Part shown: positions 60,001 to 64,000 of the stretch, in pieces | Position numbering within the stretch: position 1 is the first letter of the stretch | Layout of the letters: each line of letters opens with the position of its first letter | NCBI GenBank assembly: GCA_051294375.1 | Contig: CM119265.1 | Coordinates: forward strand, 7,698,629-7,762,628 | Reading direction: 5' to 3' | DNA: 64,000 nucleotides | Source: Paraspadella gotoi | Taxonomy: Eukaryota > Animalia > Chaetognatha | The notes under the pieces: model-generated | Told to the model about the DNA's origin: nothing | Seen by the model: the letters and a program-made list of their open reading frames with translations, nothing else | The model's database searches: none | Position numbers and translations under genes: made by a program

Positions 60001-63000
60001 GCTCGACTCTTTCGACGACGTCGATCGGCAATTGCAGATTGAGGAGGCGTTGGTGGAAGAGGCTTTGACGTCGGAGGATTGGGAGCGGTTGGAGCCGTTG
60101 TTGGAGCCGAAGGCGTTGACCGCGCATTCCGAGTATCGGCCGATGTTGTACAAAGTGAGCCTCTTTGATTGATTGATTTAGATTGGGCGGCGACTACGAC
60201 GGTAGCGATCCAAAAAATATATTTCGCTTGTTAATCTTCAATGTAGATCAAGAGGCAACAATTGGAAGTGACCAGCGCCGTGGTGGTCGCGCAAGCGGCC
60301 GTCAAGAACCTCAAATCGGGAGATTTGGCCGAGATTCGATCCTACAAAATCCCCGACCCTACCATCTGTAAAGTCATGCAGGTTCTTTTAGTTTTTACCA
60401 TGTCCCAAGTACATTGCTTTTCGCAATCAGCCATCATGATCGCGTCTTCTTTTTGACAGGGGGTCATGGTGCTGACGGGTTACGCGCCGGCGCAGTACAA
60501 CGATTGGTCGGAGATTCTAAAGCAACTGAGTGATACTTCGAACAACAGACTCGTCTACCGAGTCGGTCGCGTCAAATTAAGGGATCTTGTTGACGCGAAG
60601 ATCGAGACTTCCGGTTCGCTTTTGCGTTTTGGCTTCGTCGTTGCTTGTTATCGTTGTTACTTAAAATTTTAATTCAATTTTTCAAAAACGGATGGCGGTG
60701 TTCCAATAGTTATAGCTTCTAAATTAAAAATATTGGCTTAATTTTAAATAAAAAAAAAAATACATGGATTAGTATTTAAAAAGTTAATTAACAGAAACGG
60801 TTTCAGGTGACATATTTTAAACCCAAGGTTTAATCTTTTTATCAAGCCATGAACCGGCGAAGCCGTTCAGGCTTGATATTGATTCGGTGACGCCTTCTGT
60901 ATGTGACGTAAGTCGTGCGTGCGTCGTCGTCGTCGTCGTCGTCGCGCGTGCACGGCTAGTGTGTTAAATTAAATAAAGCTGACTCGGTCTTATAGGTTTC
61001 GGCCTGCTGACTTGTACGCGTTTTTTTTAAAATAAAAACTTATTATGAATGTATGATAAAGGTTTGTACAAACGTGGTGGCATTATGTAAGTTAGAAATT
61101 TAGATAGTGGCTTCTCATCTATAGATAGTCTGCATACTTTTCTTATTAACAAGTTGGATTTAAGGTATTTTTTGTGTTGAAGTTTCCACACTTGTCATTA
61201 TGATTTACTGCAATATGCAAGGAGATTATTGTACTCATTATCATATCGAAAATTAAGTTATATGAGAAAGTGCTAAATCTAGCATTTCGATATTGCAGTA
61301 TAGTAATATTGAAGATGACAATTCAAAAAAGATTTTTTTTAGAATCTGCTAATAAAAATGGGAACTATCAAATAACTACTTTTTAATGAGAAGCTATATC
61401 TTATTTTAATCACATAATAAAAATAAAATCTTTTAGCAAGCTGCGGATTGGAAAAGATTGGAAATACTTCAAACTTGTAAACCATGTCAAACATTTTTTG
61501 CCGTTTCCTTGATTATTTCACTTTTATTTCATTTATTCTTTTATTTCAAGAACAACGAAGTTCAGTTTCTGTCACTGAACTGTACAGTCGGCCTCAAGCA
61601 GCTGTCCAGCCTTCGTCTCTCTTTCTCTCAAGTCTTCTCTTTCTGTCCGTCTTTTCTCTTTCTGTCTCTTTTCTGTTTTACGGCTCCTTTGCGTGATCAG
61701 GGTTCTTTTTTCTGAAAATTATGATTATCGTTTTTTTTCTAAAAACTTTTATTCGGGGCTTTTTTCTCAATACAAAATCCCCAATTACACTCCGATGATT
61801 TTCGTGGATACATTTTAAAAAAAGTGAAAGATAACTTATATGTGACACTGCACTGTGTCAACAATGAAATCGCTAATGGTGACTTATTATAGTACTGGCA
61901 GCACTTGTCGGCCGAACAATAATGCACTTACATTTAAAAAAAAATAAAATTTTGTAATTTATTTATTAGGTTGTAACTTTTTGAACCGGTTGGCCCAACT
62001 ATTGGGCAAATTAATACTAAAATAGAGAGTTTGATAGAGAGATATACAGTCAATTAGAACATTAACTTGTTTTGTGTTACTTCTGATAATTCTATCACTA
62101 TTATCTAAATTATAATAATCATTTTTAGTGTATATATTTTCATCCATTTTATCTCTTTTTTTTAAATAATAATTATTTGAGTTGTGAATAGACTAATTTA
62201 TAAATTAGATTAAATTATGCAAATATAAATTTAGAACATCCGGTTTTGGTTTCTTCCTATAAAAAGAACAATCAAAATTTCATTCAAGATTAAAATTTTT
62301 TAAATGAGGGAAAAAATATTTTGGAAGTCAAAAATATCATAGGTCGTTACGTGAGTATTATTCAACGACTATGTATGAGTTGTTGTATCATGATAGGGAT
62401 CTATAATTTTGGATCATTATTAGTTGGAACGAACAGTAGTTAGCTTTATCATCAGTTTTTTTCTCTTCTGAATAGGGGTAGCCCTCTCAATGGGGTTATG
62501 AATGCAAAAATTTAGTATTGGGAACATGCTCAAACAGAAAATTTATGATTTTTAAGTTGTTAACCTTTTCAATGTACAAAAAGATTTTCTTATATTTTTT
62601 TATAGAAAGGGAAAGACTTCGGTCCCTACTCATATGTCGTCCGGAAATGAGTTCAGCTCTGCCAGCGGCGGTTCAGCCGGCGGTCCAGCGGCTGTCCAGA
62701 CTTTCTCGGTTCTCTCTTTCTTCCCTCCAGTCTCTTCTCTCGTCTCGGTCTTTTTTTCCTTTCAAAGAACTTTTATTATGCGCCATTGTATTCCGCGCTT
62801 TTTTCTCAATAGCAAAATCCCAATTGTACATCCGAGATTTTTCGTGGATGATCTTTTCCCTAAAACTTCTGATTGCGCTTTCGTTGGCGGGAAAACGTGT
62901 CCAGCCGCTCTCCTCTCTCTCTCGTTCGTCTCTCTCTCTCTCCTCTCTTCTCTCTCTTTTCACTCATGACACGCATTTGTTTGTTTTATTACGCATGAAT

Positions 63001-63287
63001 GAGATGACTATTCATGCGCTAGTCGCATCATGAATGACTATCATCATGGCTTGTATCCTTATGTCGCTTTTAAGATTTTTATTTTAATGTTTTGCTTCAG
63101 TTTACCAGCCAGACTGACCGACCAAAAGCGATAATTTCTGTCTTTCCTTCCCAGCGAAATTCGTAGAGGGCGTCTCGATCGGGGACATTCGCAAAAAAGT
63201 CGAAGACAGTCGCGTTGTTCTTTGATTGGAACAAATCGATTCATGCGCCGATACAACCTGCGCCGGGAGACGACGAGGCGGACGTGA
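55709..63287 (+). CDS. Type I membrane protein: signal peptide, LDLa, TM, cytoplasmic EF-hand-like region and dynein MTBD-like domain (~950 aa)
   Basis: Exons 55709-56073, 56155-56503, 56887-56986, 57132-57284, 57549-57865, 58039-58207, 58687-58808, 58937-59288, 59375-59564, 59683-59762, 59919-60154, 60247-60381, 60460-60613, 63155-63287. All junctions are GT-AG and phase-compatible. The last exon needs two 1-nt indel corrections. Confidence 0.7.
56471..56946 (+). other. LDL-receptor class A module (split by an intron)
   Basis: Spliced CFQCDGRCLPK|TVICNHIYDCKDKSDEIDCP has the DCxDxSDE signature. Confidence 0.85.
60836..60960. mobile_element. Possible HINE/DINE-like element end in an intron
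   Basis: T-run, hairpin atcaagcc(a)tgaaccggc-gaa-gccgttcaggcttgat, then a (GTC)n microsatellite. Confidence 0.4.
61555..62875 (+). repeat. Two diverged copies of a ~250-bp repeat (~61555-61810 and ~62645-62875)
   Basis: Shared segments gctgtccag..., aacttttatt, ttttttctcaata(g)caaaatcccaatt and gattttcgtggat. Confidence 0.6.
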
Positions 63288-63314
63288 AGAAGAGTGTGGG
63301 CGTGGCAGCGGGGC

Positions 63315-63399
<85 letters not shown>

Positions 63400-63667
63400 A
63401 GGTCAATGGCGGAGGCCCCGTCAATGATAAAAGAAATGGGTGGACCTTAAAAAAAGACTTCTGGGAACTGTAACGGAGACCAAATATTTTTAACGTATCT
63501 TATTGTATTTAAAGTTGAATTACAATCACAGTATCACCGAGATGCGAATGTGTAGTAATTATTAGAACGATTGTAACGATATGAGTTTTTTCGTTCAGTT
63601 TAATAGATTAGGTCGAATTAGCTTTCTTCTGAAACATTTGTGTCCCTCTATCTCTATTTTTTTTCTT

Positions 63668-63721
<54 letters not shown>

Positions 63722-63910
63722 ATCTCTCTCTCGCTCCTCTCTCTCTCTCTCTCTCTTTCTCCCTCCTTTTATCCCGTTGATTTATGTTCGAGTAACGCCC
63801 TGGCTTCACATCGACGGGCGACATCGTCTGTCGCCCGTGTTTTTAATTTTCTTCCACTTTTTTTTGTGTTCCGGCTTTTTTAATGCTTTTTTTTTTTCTT
63901 TAGCAGGGCA

Positions 63911-63989
<79 letters not shown>

Positions 63990-64000
63990 GTCTCTCCGTC

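Larger units (their letters stand above)
60247..63287 (+). other. Dynein heavy-chain stalk microtubule-binding-domain-like region
   Basis: AQAAVKNLKSGDLAEIRSYKIPDPTICKVMQ|GVMVLTGY...DWSEILKQLSD matches the dynein stalk-head pattern AxxAxxxLxxxDxxExxSxxxPxxxVxxVxxxVxxLxG...W. The last exon, once corrected, gives DIRKKSKTVALFFDW...Y. Confidence 0.65.

Noticed and set aside
60247-60613. Fragment of a dynein heavy-chain gene
   Set aside because: No AAA modules or long stalk coiled coils flank it; upstream exons splice in phase to a membrane protein.

Overview
Eukaryotic, animal-like genomic DNA with short GT-AG introns, dense (AG/CT)n microsatellites and N gaps. I built four spliced gene models by hand from splice sites and reading-frame phase. 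(1) A + strand giant protein, 5'-incomplete, at least 2,649 aa (557-11211): four ricin-B/beta-trefoil-like repeats, a region of ~37-aa repeats, two FN3 domains and a C-terminal TM helix. (2) A convergent FBXW10 orthologue (15499-11619). (3) A 249-aa type II membrane protein with EGF-like ectodomain (50156-48477), mostly missed by the ORF track. (4) The most interesting: a ~950-aa type I membrane protein (55709-63287) with signal peptide, furin-type sites, an LDLa module, a TM helix, cytoplasmic EF-hand-like segments and a C-terminal dynein-stalk microtubule-binding-domain-like fold. Much of 19-48 kb consists of indel-ridden duplicate copies of neighbouring sequence, most likely uncorrected long-read gap-fill artefacts. 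All domain calls are by-eye motif recognition; no searches were run.
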